Shown one piece after another: positions 36,557-46,837 of a stretch of 64,000 nt of DNA (position 1 is the stretch's first letter; every line of letters starts with the position of its first letter). The notes under the pieces were generated by a model. The model was not told where the DNA came from and searched no databases. It saw only the letters and a list, made by a program, of their open reading frames with translations. The stretch covers positions 205,882-269,881 of the forward strand of contig CAMTUP010000009.1 in the NCBI GenBank assembly GCA_947084945.1. The letters are read 5' to 3'. The DNA comes from an uncultured Ignavibacteria bacterium (GTDB lineage Bacteria > Bacteroidota > Ignavibacteria > Tepidaquicellales > OLB5). The position numbers were made by a program, and so were the translations under genes.

Positions 36557-36612
36557 GGCAAAAGGGATCCGTCAAAGCCGGATTTCAATCTGCGGCGCAG
36601 ATTTCAAAAAGT
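36557..36612. repeat. left inverted repeat bracketing the four-helix-bundle gene
   Basis: AAAAGGGATCCGTCAAAGCCGGATTTCAATCTGCGGCGCAGATTTCAAAAAGT is the reverse complement of 37131-37184, apart from a central 6-7 nt and 1 other base. Confidence 0.85.
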
Positions 36613-36724
36613 AAAAAGGCAAACAAAGCAAAAGTAAAAAGGCAGAAGGCAAAAATAGTTATTAAAATCTTATAAGAAAAGAAAAAAACAAAACTATTTT
36701 TAATAAATAAAAAATAAATTAAGT

Positions 36725-37081
36725 ATGTTGAAACTTAACCACAAAAAATTAGCAGTATGGGAAAAGAGTTTAAACTTAATCAGAGAAGTTTACAAATTAA
36801 CTAAAATGCTTCCTAAAGAAGAACAATATATTTTAACTTCACAATTAAGAAGAGCAGCTGTTTCTGTAGCATCTAACATTGCTGAAGGTGCATCAAGAAA
36901 ATTAACAATTGAAAGAAGAAGGTTTTACCAGATATCAAGATCATCTTCAGTCGAAATTGATACACAAATTGAGATCTGTAAGTTGCTTGAATACTTCAAT
37001 GAAAGTGATCTAAAGGATCTGGATATTGAACTCAATAATGTTTTCGCGCTTTTAACCGCTATGATCAATAACACTAAGTAA
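36725..37081 (+). CDS. four-helix-bundle protein (23S rRNA intervening-sequence protein / Avd-like family)
   Basis: TSQLRRAAVSVASNIAEGASR is the family motif. 118 aa. Confidence 0.8.
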   Translation: MLKLNHKKLAVWEKSLNLIREVYKLTKMLPKEEQYILTSQLRRAAVSVASNIAEGASRKLTIERRRFYQISRSSSVEIDTQIEICKLLEYFNESDLKDLDIELNNVFALLTAMINNTK

Positions 37082-37130
37082 AATTTGAAATATTCGACAA
37101 TAAATTCAATTATAATCATTTTTGCTAATT

Positions 37131-37184
37131 ACTTTTTGAAATCTGCGACAGTAGATTGAAATCCGGCTTTGACGGATGCCTTTT
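37131..37184. repeat. right inverted repeat bracketing the four-helix-bundle gene
   Basis: ACTTTTTGAAATCTGCGACAGTAGATTGAAATCCGGCTTTGACGGATGCCTTTT. Confidence 0.85.
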
Positions 37185-37205
37185 TATAAATATTAGTAAT
37201 AATAC

Positions 37206-39626
37206 ATGCAGCATAACGGATTATCTCACCAGGAAGTATCGGATAGAATAAAAAACGGTCAACAGAATATATCAACTGTAACCAAAACTAAAAGAATCAG
37301 AGAAATCATTATAGAAAATGTATTTTCTGTATTCAACCTTGTAATAGTATCAGTAATACTTTTCCTGCTTATTTTCTACATTAAATCAGGTGATGTACGT
37401 TTGCTTTATGATACTATTGGCACTACAATGGTTATATCCCTTAACACTTTTATTGCAGTTTACCAGGAAATACGGGCAAAAAGAGCACTCGATAAAGTCA
37501 GCCTTTTGCTTAAACGTGAAGTTAAAGTTATTAGAGATGGCACGGAAACAGTAATTGACCATATTAATATTGTTGTAGATGATATTATAGTTATCGAGCG
37601 GGGCGACCAGGTAATAGTTGATGGCAGGGTAATTGAATCCAACAAGCTTGAAATTGATGAATCGTTGTTAACGGGTGAATCTTTGCCCATTCAGAAAAAA
37701 AGCGGAGATGAAGTCCTATCAGGCAGCTTTTGCATTTCGGGCAATGGATATTACAAAGCTGAAAAAGTTGGTGATAACAGCTATGCCAACGAAATTACCA
37801 AGACTGCTAAAAAGTTTAAAATGAATCTTTCACCCTTACAGGTTAAACTTAATTTCATAGTTAAAGTTTTATTCTCAACAGCAATATTTCTTGTATTACT
37901 TGAAATTATCCGCAACCCAAACGGATTTTCAGACCTGGATTTTGTTAGAAGAATATCTACTATAATGCTTTCGCTTATTCCACAAGGACTCATTTTAATG
38001 TCTTCTGTTACTTTTGCACTTGGCATATACAGGATAAGCAAAATTGGTGCAATTATTCAAAAGCTAAATGCAATTGAATCATTTGCCAATGTAAAAATAG
38101 TATGCACAGATAAAACCGGAACCTTAACACAGAACAAACTTGCTGTGAATAGAATTACCCCGCTTACTTTAAAATTTAATACTCAGCAAATAGAAGAACT
38201 GCTTGGGACATATGCAAAGCTTTCATCAGATAAAAATGCAACTCTTAGAACTTTAGAAAAATACAAACCGTCAGAGAATGCTTTTGTTGTTGAAGAAATC
38301 CCTTTCAGTTCAGAAAACAAAATGAGCCTCTTACAATTAACAAATAGCAATGAACAATTAACAATAATTTTTGGCGGGTATGATATATTAAATGAAAGAT
38401 CGATAAGTAAAGAAGCAGCGGAAGAAATATTCAGCAAAGATGGTCTGAAGATATACCGTAATTTGCTGTTTGGAATTGAAACTTCAGGCAGGACATTAAA
38501 AGAGCTTGAAGATAATCTTGAAACGATTAAAATTGAACCTGTTTGCATTGTATCTATTACTGACCAGGTAAGAGATGATGTTATGGATGCAATTAACCTT
38601 TTCCATAAAAATAATATTGAAATTAAAATCTTATCAGGTGATAATGCCTATGCTATACAGGCAGTTGCAAAAGAAATTGGGTGGGAAATAAATGATGATG
38701 AGCTTATTTCAGGCAATGAAATTGAACAGGTAAGTGATAATGATATTTTTAAAGTTATTATGGAAAAGAAAATATTTGCCCGTCTTAAGCCTGAACATAA
38801 GCTTCGTATAATTAAAACCCTCCGCAAAGAAAAGATATATACCGCTATGATAGGTGATGGAGTTAATGACCTGCCTGCTATAAAAGAATCCGATATGGGT
38901 ATCGCAATGGAAGAAGGAAGTCAGATAACGAAAGAAGTTGCTGATATAGTTCTGCTAAAGAATAAATTCGCTCTATTACCGAGCATATTTGATGAAGGTA
39001 ACAAAATTGTAAATACGGTAAGCTCTGTAGCAAAACTTTTCCTAACAAAGAATTTTATGGTAATATACTTTACAATACTTTCAATGTTCTTCGCATTTGA
39101 ATTCCCTTTAACACCACGCAGAGTATCTCTGATAAATATTTTCTCAATCGGGCTCCCTTCTTTTATTATAGCACTTAGAAATACAAATGTTAGCAGGATT
39201 AAAGATTTTTCTAAAGAACTCTTTAGTTTTGTATTGATATCAGCGGGTATTCTTGTAAGTGCTTCTTATATTGGACAAATATTCACCGAGCGATATAATG
39301 GATTCACTCCTGAAGATATTCAGATGGTAATGCTTTCTATAATGATAATAATTACATCTGTGAATTTCCTTTCGGTGGTTGCTCATAAGAATGAAACGAA
39401 TATGAAGCTGTATGTATTGTATGCAATTGGTTTGGTTGGAATTTATTCATTCCTTTCAATGACACAAATTCAGTTTATTCTTATTCACTGGATAAAAACT
39501 TTCTATGAAATATCTTTCCTTCCACAGAGATATTGGGGTCTGACATTTACAATAGCCTTCATTTCGGCGGCAATTCTTTTTGCTGTTCAAAAGATGAGAG
39601 AGAAAATATTGATTTCAAAAAGATAG
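37206..39626 (+). CDS. cation-transporting P-type ATPase
   Basis: Has TGES, CTDKTGTLT, MIGDGVNDLPA and C-terminal TM helices. Confidence 0.9.
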   Translation: MQHNGLSHQEVSDRIKNGQQNISTVTKTKRIREIIIENVFSVFNLVIVSVILFLLIFYIKSGDVRLLYDTIGTTMVISLNTFIAVYQEIRAKRALDKVSLLLKREVKVIRDGTETVIDHINIVVDDIIVIERGDQVIVDGRVIESNKLEIDESLLTGESLPIQKKSGDEVLSGSFCISGNGYYKAEKVGDNSYANEITKTAKKFKMNLSPLQVKLNFIVKVLFSTAIFLVLLEIIRNPNGFSDLDFVRRISTIMLSLIPQGLILMSSVTFALGIYRISKIGAIIQKLNAIESFANVKIVCTDKTGTLTQNKLAVNRITPLTLKFNTQQIEELLGTYAKLSSDKNATLRTLEKYKPSENAFVVEEIPFSSENKMSLLQLTNSNEQLTIIFGGYDILNERSISKEAAEEIFSKDGLKIYRNLLFGIETSGRTLKELEDNLETIKIEPVCIVSITDQVRDDVMDAINLFHKNNIEIKILSGDNAYAIQAVAKEIGWEINDDELISGNEIEQVSDNDIFKVIMEKKIFARLKPEHKLRIIKTLRKEKIYTAMIGDGVNDLPAIKESDMGIAMEEGSQITKEVADIVLLKNKFALLPSIFDEGNKIVNTVSSVAKLFLTKNFMVIYFTILSMFFAFEFPLTPRRVSLINIFSIGLPSFIIALRNTNVSRIKDFSKELFSFVLISAGILVSASYIGQIFTERYNGFTPEDIQMVMLSIMIIITSVNFLSVVAHKNETNMKLYVLYAIGLVGIYSFLSMTQIQFILIHWIKTFYEISFLPQRYWGLTFTIAFISAAILFAVQKMREKILISKR

Positions 39627-39763
39627 TAGAGATTCAAATTACAAACTCAGATACTTATTGGATTTATACTTGCAAAAAGCGAGGGTGTACTGGGTGAAAT
39701 TAAAACAAAGATTAAGTATAAAATTTACATTTTTTTAAATATGATTTTTGATTAATTTTTAGT

Positions 39764-40213
39764 ATGGCAACAATTTTAGAAATTGATGGTAATATATTTA
39801 ATAGCAAAGCTCAAACTATTGTTAACACAGTTAATTGTGATGGCGTTATGGGTAAGGGTATTGCTTTGGAATATAAAAAAAGATTCCCAGATATGTTTAA
39901 TAATTATGTTAATTTATGCAAAAATAAGTCAATAAAGCCAGGTATTTTATATTTATATACAAAATCTAATCCCTGGATATTAAATTTCCCTACTAAATTA
40001 CATTGGAGATACAAATCGAAAATTGAATATATAGAACTTGGTTTAAAGAAATTTTCAGTTGAATACAAAAGGAAGAATATTAAATCTATTGCATTTCCTA
40101 AACTTGGGACAATGAATGGAGGTTTAGATTGGGAAGATGTTAAAGTGATTATGTATAAATATCTTCTTCCACTAAAAGACCTTGAAGTAGAAATTTATAA
40201 CTATACTAAATAA
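39764..40213 (+). CDS. macro-domain protein (ADP-ribose binding/hydrolase fold)
   Basis: Has GNIFNSKAQTIVNTVNCDGVMGKGIALEYKKRFP and IAFPKLGTMNGGL. Confidence 0.7.
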   Translation: MATILEIDGNIFNSKAQTIVNTVNCDGVMGKGIALEYKKRFPDMFNNYVNLCKNKSIKPGILYLYTKSNPWILNFPTKLHWRYKSKIEYIELGLKKFSVEYKRKNIKSIAFPKLGTMNGGLDWEDVKVIMYKYLLPLKDLEVEIYNYTK

Positions 40214-40497
40214 TTTTCTGGTTTTAGCAATGATATTTCAGGGCTACTTCTTTCGTTGCGCTCAATAAGTCAGGAAAGCCCTGGATTTATGGTATTTCTA
40301 AAGCCCCGACATAAAGAGTTTGTCTCAAAAATCTTAATTTTGAAAAATTTATGTTAAAATTATTAAAGATTCCTGCTTTCGCAGGAATGACAAAGTACTT
40401 TTGAGACTGCCTTTAAATGTCGGGGTTAATTCATAAATTGAAAATCTGGTTTTTTCTAAAGACCTTAACGGCAGACAGTAAACGGTCAACTTGTGTA
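40214..40497. repeat. partial composite palindromic element (inverted orientation), TTACTCAAGTTGACCG family
   Basis: The reverse complement is collinear with 48535-48878. It lacks the far terminal repeat and begins at the base after the macro gene stop. Confidence 0.8.
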
Positions 40498-40590
40498 AAT
40501 TAAATTTTATTCCGAGGGCAATACAAATTAATATTACATTTAAAAAAGCTTGTTTAACTAAGAATGCTTAAAAATTTCTTAGAAAAAATA

Positions 40591-41217
40591 TTAATTCCCT
40601 CCGCGGAATTCCCTGTCAATTACATCAAATTCACCCGGGTAGGTTATAGGTCCAATTATAGTGCTGACTGTAGGCTTAACTTTTAAAGTTATGCGTGATG
40701 ATGAACCGTTCTTACCGCCTAATACAAGTGCTAAATTGATAATATCATTATAACCGTTATTGCTGAAGAATTTCAGCAGGTCAAATGACATACCAATTGG
40801 TATATTGGTTGTAGATCCTACACCCGGTACTGAAATATTGCCAACATTGCCATTAATGGTTTCATTGTTATCAATAAATAATCTCCACGCAAGGTTTTCA
40901 ATCACAGCGGCTGATTGTTTTGTACCTCCTGTCCCGTCATTTGGATTTTTAGCAAGTACGTTGAGCGTAAATTCTACTGGTAGTTTACCTGAGGTAAATG
41001 CTGCAAGCAGGTTAGCTGCATCTAAGAAGCCAATATTTGATATTGACGAAAAATTTGTTAGTGGAACATTTGCGACTTTCATCCCTGTAACTTTATCAAG
41101 TTTGAACTGCAAACGCTGTATGTTTTGAATAGCATCCATTAACCCTGAGCATCCAAAATTCATGAACGCAAATGCCACTAATATTCCGGTTAAAACCGGT
41201 TTGTATAGTTTTTTCAT
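40591..41217 (-). CDS. hypothetical lipoprotein
   Basis: Has a lipobox (FAFMNFGCSG). No family recognised with confidence. Confidence 0.5.
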   Translation of the reverse strand: MKKLYKPVLTGILVAFAFMNFGCSGLMDAIQNIQRLQFKLDKVTGMKVANVPLTNFSSISNIGFLDAANLLAAFTSGKLPVEFTLNVLAKNPNDGTGGTKQSAAVIENLAWRLFIDNNETINGNVGNISVPGVGSTTNIPIGMSFDLLKFFSNNGYNDIINLALVLGGKNGSSSRITLKVKPTVSTIIGPITYPGEFDVIDREFRGGN

Positions 41218-41269
41218 AAAAATGTTAATTATATTATTTGTTAGATATTACTAATATACCAAAAAATGT

Positions 41270-42010
41270 TTAAAATCCGAAAAGTAATCCGGCATTAATC
41301 TGGATTGTTGCTATAGACCTGCTATTTCCAATCGGATGCTTACTGTTAGTTGCGCTGTAATTGGGGTCAGCGGCATCATTCAGGTTTGAATAAGCATCGT
41401 TCCTGTCATTTGAATTAGTTACACCATCATAGCTCTTACCAAACAGGTTAATTAAATTATACCTAAGGCTTATATCAAGAATGAATGATTTTCCAAACCC
41501 AATTTCTGAACCAATAGCAAAACCTAATCCTGTCCTTGAAGCTGACTTAATGCTTTTTTCATCTGATGATACTTCTGCTGTCCCTTGGAAATTATATGTT
41601 CCGCTTATTGTTGAAAAAAGCAGATCAAGTCCGGCATAAGGCTTTATGGGACTTAATGGAATTCCAAAACCAAATTCAGTACCTATTGTGAACATAAATA
41701 AATTATTCTTTATTTCTAATGTACTATTAGGCTGATCTGGATTCGCATTACCGCTATTATCAAGTGAGGCGTAACTTATAGAAAGCCTGCCGTTCAACGG
41801 GCCAAACTGAATTTTACCCATGACGCCATAATTCAAACCTGAACGCAAACCGTACTTTGTACCTGTATAAAAATCCTTTGCATCGCCGCTGTAATCAACT
41901 GTTGGTGAAGTTAATCCTACTAAAGGACCAAGCTTAATGCTTATCTGTGAAATAGAATTATTAACAGCAAAACATAAAACAAGAATTATAAGTATTGATA
42001 ATTTTTTCAT
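41270..42010 (-). CDS. outer-membrane beta-barrel protein
   Basis: Has a signal peptide, G/S/N-rich alternating strands and C-terminal ...GLLFGF. Confidence 0.6.
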   Translation of the reverse strand: MKKLSILIILVLCFAVNNSISQISIKLGPLVGLTSPTVDYSGDAKDFYTGTKYGLRSGLNYGVMGKIQFGPLNGRLSISYASLDNSGNANPDQPNSTLEIKNNLFMFTIGTEFGFGIPLSPIKPYAGLDLLFSTISGTYNFQGTAEVSSDEKSIKSASRTGLGFAIGSEIGFGKSFILDISLRYNLINLFGKSYDGVTNSNDRNDAYSNLNDAADPNYSATNSKHPIGNSRSIATIQINAGLLFGF

Positions 42011-42155
42011 ATAATTTAAATTTTAATTATATGCAATATAAGGTATGAATATTAAAAATGGCATTCAAAAATATTGTTGAATGCCATATGATAAAGATTA
42101 TGTGTGTTTAAATTACAGTTTAACAAAACTTAAACATTTCTAACTTATTTATAAC

Positions 42156-42701
42156 TCAAAATTTATAATCAAAACCAAGCTCAATTGTGCTTAGATCAAA
42201 ATTCCCAAGCCCAAGCCTTAACACACCTGCTGCTTTGTTAGAAAAGAAATACCTAAAACCACCCTGTCCCCACATAAATAAACCGCTTTTATATATCTGG
42301 TCATACGCTATTATAGAAACATTATCGTAAGCAGTGTATTTGGTACTTACATTGTTATAACCAAGTACGAGTCCCACAAACGGAACAAATTTCCCTGATG
42401 AAATCTGGTTAAAATTATAATTTACCTGTCCCCCAAGTGTAACATTGGTATATTTTAGTTTGACTGTGTTGTTAAGAATATCTTCCGAGTATGTCCAAAA
42501 TCTTGTTATTGCTCCAATGCCAAAAATACCAATACCTGCTTGAGGCAGTTCATATTCGTAATTGCCGCCAATGATGACATTTTGCGATTTACTTGAATAG
42601 CCAAGCGTAACCCCTGCAAGATGATTACCTTCCTTTAATTGTGAATAATTTTGTGTTAAATTGAATAAAAGAATTACAGATATTACGAGGAAGTATTTCA
42701 T
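42156..42701 (-). CDS. outer-membrane beta-barrel protein (small)
   Basis: Has a signal peptide and C-terminal ...ELGFDYKF. Confidence 0.55.
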   Translation of the reverse strand: MKYFLVISVILLFNLTQNYSQLKEGNHLAGVTLGYSSKSQNVIIGGNYEYELPQAGIGIFGIGAITRFWTYSEDILNNTVKLKYTNVTLGGQVNYNFNQISSGKFVPFVGLVLGYNNVSTKYTAYDNVSIIAYDQIYKSGLFMWGQGGFRYFFSNKAAGVLRLGLGNFDLSTIELGFDYKF

Positions 42702-42786
42702 AGAAACTCCTGTTATATTAGTTTTGTTAGTTCAAATATAACATATAGTTTTATATCTTTCAATAATCATCTTAAAATTATCAAAT

Positions 42787-44172
42787 TTGAAATTTATTTT
42801 AATTATTATAATTCTCATGATATTACCTTTTACTATAATATCCCAGCAATCAAAAAACATGAGAATGCTTGCTAATATTAATAATCATAGCGCTGATGGC
42901 GAGTATTCAGCATGCTGGGGCTATACATCTTCTGATGGCAGGGAATATGGAATATTGGGATGCGCCAAAGGAACAGCATTTATTGATATCACTGACACAA
43001 ATAATATCTATGAAGCTGCATATTTACCAGGGTTAAATTTACCTTCCTGCTGCCGTGAAATGAAAGTATTTTCTCATTATGCATATGTTGTTGCTGATGG
43101 AATAGCAAGCGGGCTTCAGATTATTGATCTGCAATATTTACCTGATTCAGTTCATCTTGTAAATACTTTTTATTTTGGAGGTTTCACCATGGGTCATACT
43201 ATTTCCATAGAAGGTCCTTACCTTTATATCAATGCAGGTGATTATAATATTGGCGGAATGTTTGTTCTGGATCTAAGCGCTAATCCAGTCAATCCTGTAA
43301 AACGGGGTGAATGGCAAGATTATGTTGTACATGACTCGCGTATAGTAAATGATACAATATTTGCTTGTAATATTTATAATCCTCCCGGCAGAATTTCTGT
43401 AATTGATGCAAGAAATAAAGATAATCTTGTAACAATTGCTTATTGGGAAAATATCCCAAACCCGGGACCGCATAATATTGCAATATCCCCAAACCGAAAG
43501 TATGCCTTTGTAACCGATGAAATTGGCGGCAATCCAAGACTTCTTAAAATTTGGGATATTTCTAACTTAAGTAATGTTATAAAAATTGCAGAGTGGCAGC
43601 CAACAGGAATAACAACATCTATTATTCACAATGTTGAGCTTTTTGGCAGATATTTATTTGCTGCCCATTATACAGCAGGGTTAAGAGTTGTAGATGTAAG
43701 TAATCCATTTGATCCCAGAGAAGCAGCATATTATGATACTTATCCTGCAAATGATGGATTTACATACGATGGCTGTTGGGGTACCTATATTTTTAACTCA
43801 GAAAAGATAATTGCATCGGATAGATCAACCGGACTTTATGTTTTTAGAACAGACTTCCCGCTAAAAGATAAAAATCCGGAAATAGCAGAAAAATTTTCTT
43901 TATCGCAGAACTTCCCAAATCCATTTAACCCAGTTACCACAATAAAATATTCACTCAAACTTGATAGCTACGTTACATTGAAAGTATATGATGCAGTAGG
44001 TAGGCTTGTATCAACAATTATTGATGGCAACGTTCAAGGCGGAAACCATTCAATTACTTTTGATTCAAAATTTCTTGCAAGCGGTGTATATTTTTATAAT
44101 CTTATTGCAACTTATAAAGATGGAGTTACAAAAACTTTTAATGAATCAAGTAAAATGATTGTTCTAAAATAA
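42787..44172 (+). CDS. LVIVD-repeat beta-propeller protein with T9SS C-terminal sorting domain
   Basis: Has LVIVD-like repeats (YAYVVADGIASGLQIIDL, LFAAHYTAGLRVVDV) and the C-terminal SQNFPNPFNPVTTIKYSL...MIVLK. Confidence 0.7.
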   Translation: MKFILIIIILMILPFTIISQQSKNMRMLANINNHSADGEYSACWGYTSSDGREYGILGCAKGTAFIDITDTNNIYEAAYLPGLNLPSCCREMKVFSHYAYVVADGIASGLQIIDLQYLPDSVHLVNTFYFGGFTMGHTISIEGPYLYINAGDYNIGGMFVLDLSANPVNPVKRGEWQDYVVHDSRIVNDTIFACNIYNPPGRISVIDARNKDNLVTIAYWENIPNPGPHNIAISPNRKYAFVTDEIGGNPRLLKIWDISNLSNVIKIAEWQPTGITTSIIHNVELFGRYLFAAHYTAGLRVVDVSNPFDPREAAYYDTYPANDGFTYDGCWGTYIFNSEKIIASDRSTGLYVFRTDFPLKDKNPEIAEKFSLSQNFPNPFNPVTTIKYSLKLDSYVTLKVYDAVGRLVSTIIDGNVQGGNHSITFDSKFLASGVYFYNLIATYKDGVTKTFNESSKMIVLK

Positions 44173-44179
44173 TTTTTCT

Positions 44180-44731
44180 ATGAGTACTATTAATCATCAG
44201 ATTTTCAGTTTAAAAAGCGGTAAAAAATTAATATTAAGAACCGCACTTGTAAAAGACTCGTCACAACTTGTTAAGCTAATGAGAGATATTGTAAATGAGG
44301 GTCCCTTTACCCTTGCTGAACCTGACGAATACAAATCAACAATAAAAACAGAATCCAGAAAAATTAAGCGGTTTAAAGAAGCTGATGGTAAAATTTATCT
44401 TGTTGCTGAAGTAAGTAATGAAATTACCGGTTTCATTACTTTTGATAACTGGGATACAAGAAGAACTTCTCATACCGGATTATTTTCCGTTTTCATTAAA
44501 AAGAAGTGGCGCTCAAAAGGCATTGGAAAAATTTTGATAAATGGAATGCTTGAGTGGAGCAAAACGAATCCCGTAAATAAAAAAATATCACTTGCCGTCT
44601 TTTCGACTAATAAAAATGCTATTGCCTTATATAAAGCTCTTGGATTTAAGCAAGAAGGCAGATGTCCTCGTGATATTATAATTGATGGTAAATACATTGA
44701 TAGCATCTTTATGTATAAATTTACTAAATAG
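44180..44731 (+). CDS. GNAT-family N-acetyltransferase
   Basis: WRSKGIGKILI (R/Q-x-x-G-x-G/A) and YKALGF. Confidence 0.8.
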   Translation: MSTINHQIFSLKSGKKLILRTALVKDSSQLVKLMRDIVNEGPFTLAEPDEYKSTIKTESRKIKRFKEADGKIYLVAEVSNEITGFITFDNWDTRRTSHTGLFSVFIKKKWRSKGIGKILINGMLEWSKTNPVNKKISLAVFSTNKNAIALYKALGFKQEGRCPRDIIIDGKYIDSIFMYKFTK

Positions 44732-44734
44732 TGT

Positions 44735-44842
44735 TACTTATTCACCTTACGCATATAACAACAGACAGGAATGTCTGTGTTACTAACTCACCTTCTGCCC
44801 TAAAACAGGGCAGACGTTAACGTTGAGTAAGGTGAGTTACTA
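44735..44842. repeat. palindromic element, AACTCACCTT...AAGGTGAGTT family
   Basis: Near-identical in layout to 56018-56118, with inner hairpins ACAGACAGGAATGTCTGT and CTGCCCTAAAACAGGGCAG. Confidence 0.8.
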
Positions 44843-44950
44843 ATTCAGCAACGAATTAACAATACTTTATGAAATTAGTTGTTGACACACATAATGTTTT
44901 ATGTTATATTTGTTGCAACAAATAATGTTAGAACACATTAAATAAGAGAA

Positions 44951-45418
44951 ATGGGTGAAGCACTTAAAAAATGGTTAAAGCTGAGTAAGGAGCTTGGGAT
45001 AAGAGAAGAAGTTGATCTTAATTTAAGAGTTGCATTAACATTGCAGGATCAAAAGTTTAATAAGATAATTGAACCATTCGAAATTACAAGCGCTCAATAC
45101 AATGTACTTAGGATATTAAAGGGTGTACATCCTGAAGGTCACGCCAGGTGCGAGATAGCATCAAGAATGATAGAAAGAGCTTCTGATATTACAAGAATCA
45201 TAGACCGGCTCGAGAAACAGAAACTAGTAGTTAGAGACAGAACAAGTGAAGATAGAAGGATTTCAATCACCAGAATAACTGAAAAAGGGATTCAACTTGT
45301 CAATAAACTAAAGCCATTGATTGAGAATGAGCATACTAAAAATACAAAAGAATTGACAGATGAAGAATGCAGGAAGCTTTCTATACTTCTTGAGAAATTG
45401 TACGCTGATAAGATATAA
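44951..45418 (+). CDS. MarR-family transcriptional regulator
   Basis: Has a wHTH (SAQYNVLRIL...RLEKQKLVVRDRTSEDRR). Confidence 0.85.
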   Translation: MGEALKKWLKLSKELGIREEVDLNLRVALTLQDQKFNKIIEPFEITSAQYNVLRILKGVHPEGHARCEIASRMIERASDITRIIDRLEKQKLVVRDRTSEDRRISITRITEKGIQLVNKLKPLIENEHTKNTKELTDEECRKLSILLEKLYADKI

Positions 45419-45488
45419 AAAAATTTAACAATACATGTGTTTAAACAAATATTGTTTAAACAGAGTTTTAACAAAATAACATTAATAC

Positions 45489-46214
45489 ATGGATAGTAAT
45501 AAATTGAAAACAACAGTTCATAAAGCGGAAACTCGTGGACATGCAGACCATGTATGGCTTAACAGCTATCATACTTTCAGCTTTGCAAACTATCACAACC
45601 CTGAAAGAGAAAGATTCGGTTTGTTAAGAGTATTAAATGATGATATAGTTCAGCCGGGTAAAGGATTTGGAACACATCCGCATGATAACATGGAGATAAT
45701 TTCAATTCCATTAAAAGGTGCGCTTGCTCATAAAGACAGCACTGGTAATGAGCATGTAATAAATACGGGTGATGTTCAGATAATGTCAGCAGGCTCGGGT
45801 ATATATCACAGTGAATACAATGCATCAAAAAAAGAACTTGTTAATTTTCTGCAGATTTGGGTTTTCCCTAAAGAACGTGATATTGAACCAAGGTATGACC
45901 AAAAAACATATAGTTCTGAAGATAGAATAAATAAATTTCAGTTAGTTGTATCACCTGAAAAATCAAATGACACGTTATGGATAAATCAGGATTCATATTT
46001 TTCACTGGCAAACCTTACCAAAGGAAACAGTGTTACATATAAAATAAAGCATAAAGGGAACGGTATATATTTGTTTGTTTTAGAAGGTTCTGTATTAACT
46101 GCCGAAGAAAAGCTGAATAAACGCGATGCTATTGGAATTGAAGAAACGGATTATATCGATATAACAGCAGATGAGAATTCCGAAATTCTGGTAATTGAAG
46201 TACCGATGAAATAA
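45489..46214 (+). CDS. pirin-family protein
   Basis: Has GFGTHPHDNMEIISIPLKG and a cupin core. Confidence 0.85.
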   Translation: MDSNKLKTTVHKAETRGHADHVWLNSYHTFSFANYHNPERERFGLLRVLNDDIVQPGKGFGTHPHDNMEIISIPLKGALAHKDSTGNEHVINTGDVQIMSAGSGIYHSEYNASKKELVNFLQIWVFPKERDIEPRYDQKTYSSEDRINKFQLVVSPEKSNDTLWINQDSYFSLANLTKGNSVTYKIKHKGNGIYLFVLEGSVLTAEEKLNKRDAIGIEETDYIDITADENSEILVIEVPMK

Positions 46215-46242
46215 CTTTTAATCAAAATATTAATCAAAATAT

Positions 46243-46827
46243 ATGACCAATAAATTTGAAATAATTTCAGAAGTAATCAAAACGAGAAGAACCATAAAGC
46301 CTGCTAAAATGAATGGCAAACTTGTACCTGATGAACAGGTAAAACAAATATTAGAGCTTGCTGACTGGGCGCCTACACATAAACATACTGAGCCATGGCG
46401 ATTTATTGTTTATTCAGGTGCAAAAGCAATAGAGTTTGTTTCAAATCATGCAGAGCTTTACAGGAAATCAACACCTGAAGAAAAGTTCAAAAACGAAAAG
46501 TATGAAAAGATACTTGGCAATGGGAAAAACTTATCACATATAATTGTGTGCGTAATGAAACGTGATGCCGATAAACGAATACCTGAAATTGAAGAAATAT
46601 CAGCAACTGCATCGGCTATACAAAATATACTTCTTTCTGCAACTTCTCTTGGAATTGCAAGCTTCTGGTCCACCGGAGGTATGACACATAGTGATGAAAT
46701 GAAAGAGTTTCTTGGATTAAATATTGATGATATTGTATTGGGTTTGATTTATTTAGGTTACACTGATTATCTATATGAAGGGAAAAGAACTATTCCTATT
46801 GAGCAAAAAATTACATGGAAAAAATAA
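46243..46827 (+). CDS. nitroreductase-family protein
   Basis: Has RRTIKP and APTHKHTEPWRF. Confidence 0.8.
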   Translation: MTNKFEIISEVIKTRRTIKPAKMNGKLVPDEQVKQILELADWAPTHKHTEPWRFIVYSGAKAIEFVSNHAELYRKSTPEEKFKNEKYEKILGNGKNLSHIIVCVMKRDADKRIPEIEEISATASAIQNILLSATSLGIASFWSTGGMTHSDEMKEFLGLNIDDIVLGLIYLGYTDYLYEGKRTIPIEQKITWKK

Positions 46828-46837
46828 ACTTGATTAT

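Noticed and set aside
36725-37081. Avd-like four-helix-bundle gene considered as a marker of a diversity-generating retroelement.
   Set aside because: No reverse transcriptase and no template/variable repeat pair are visible nearby. The only repeats are the flanking inverted arms.
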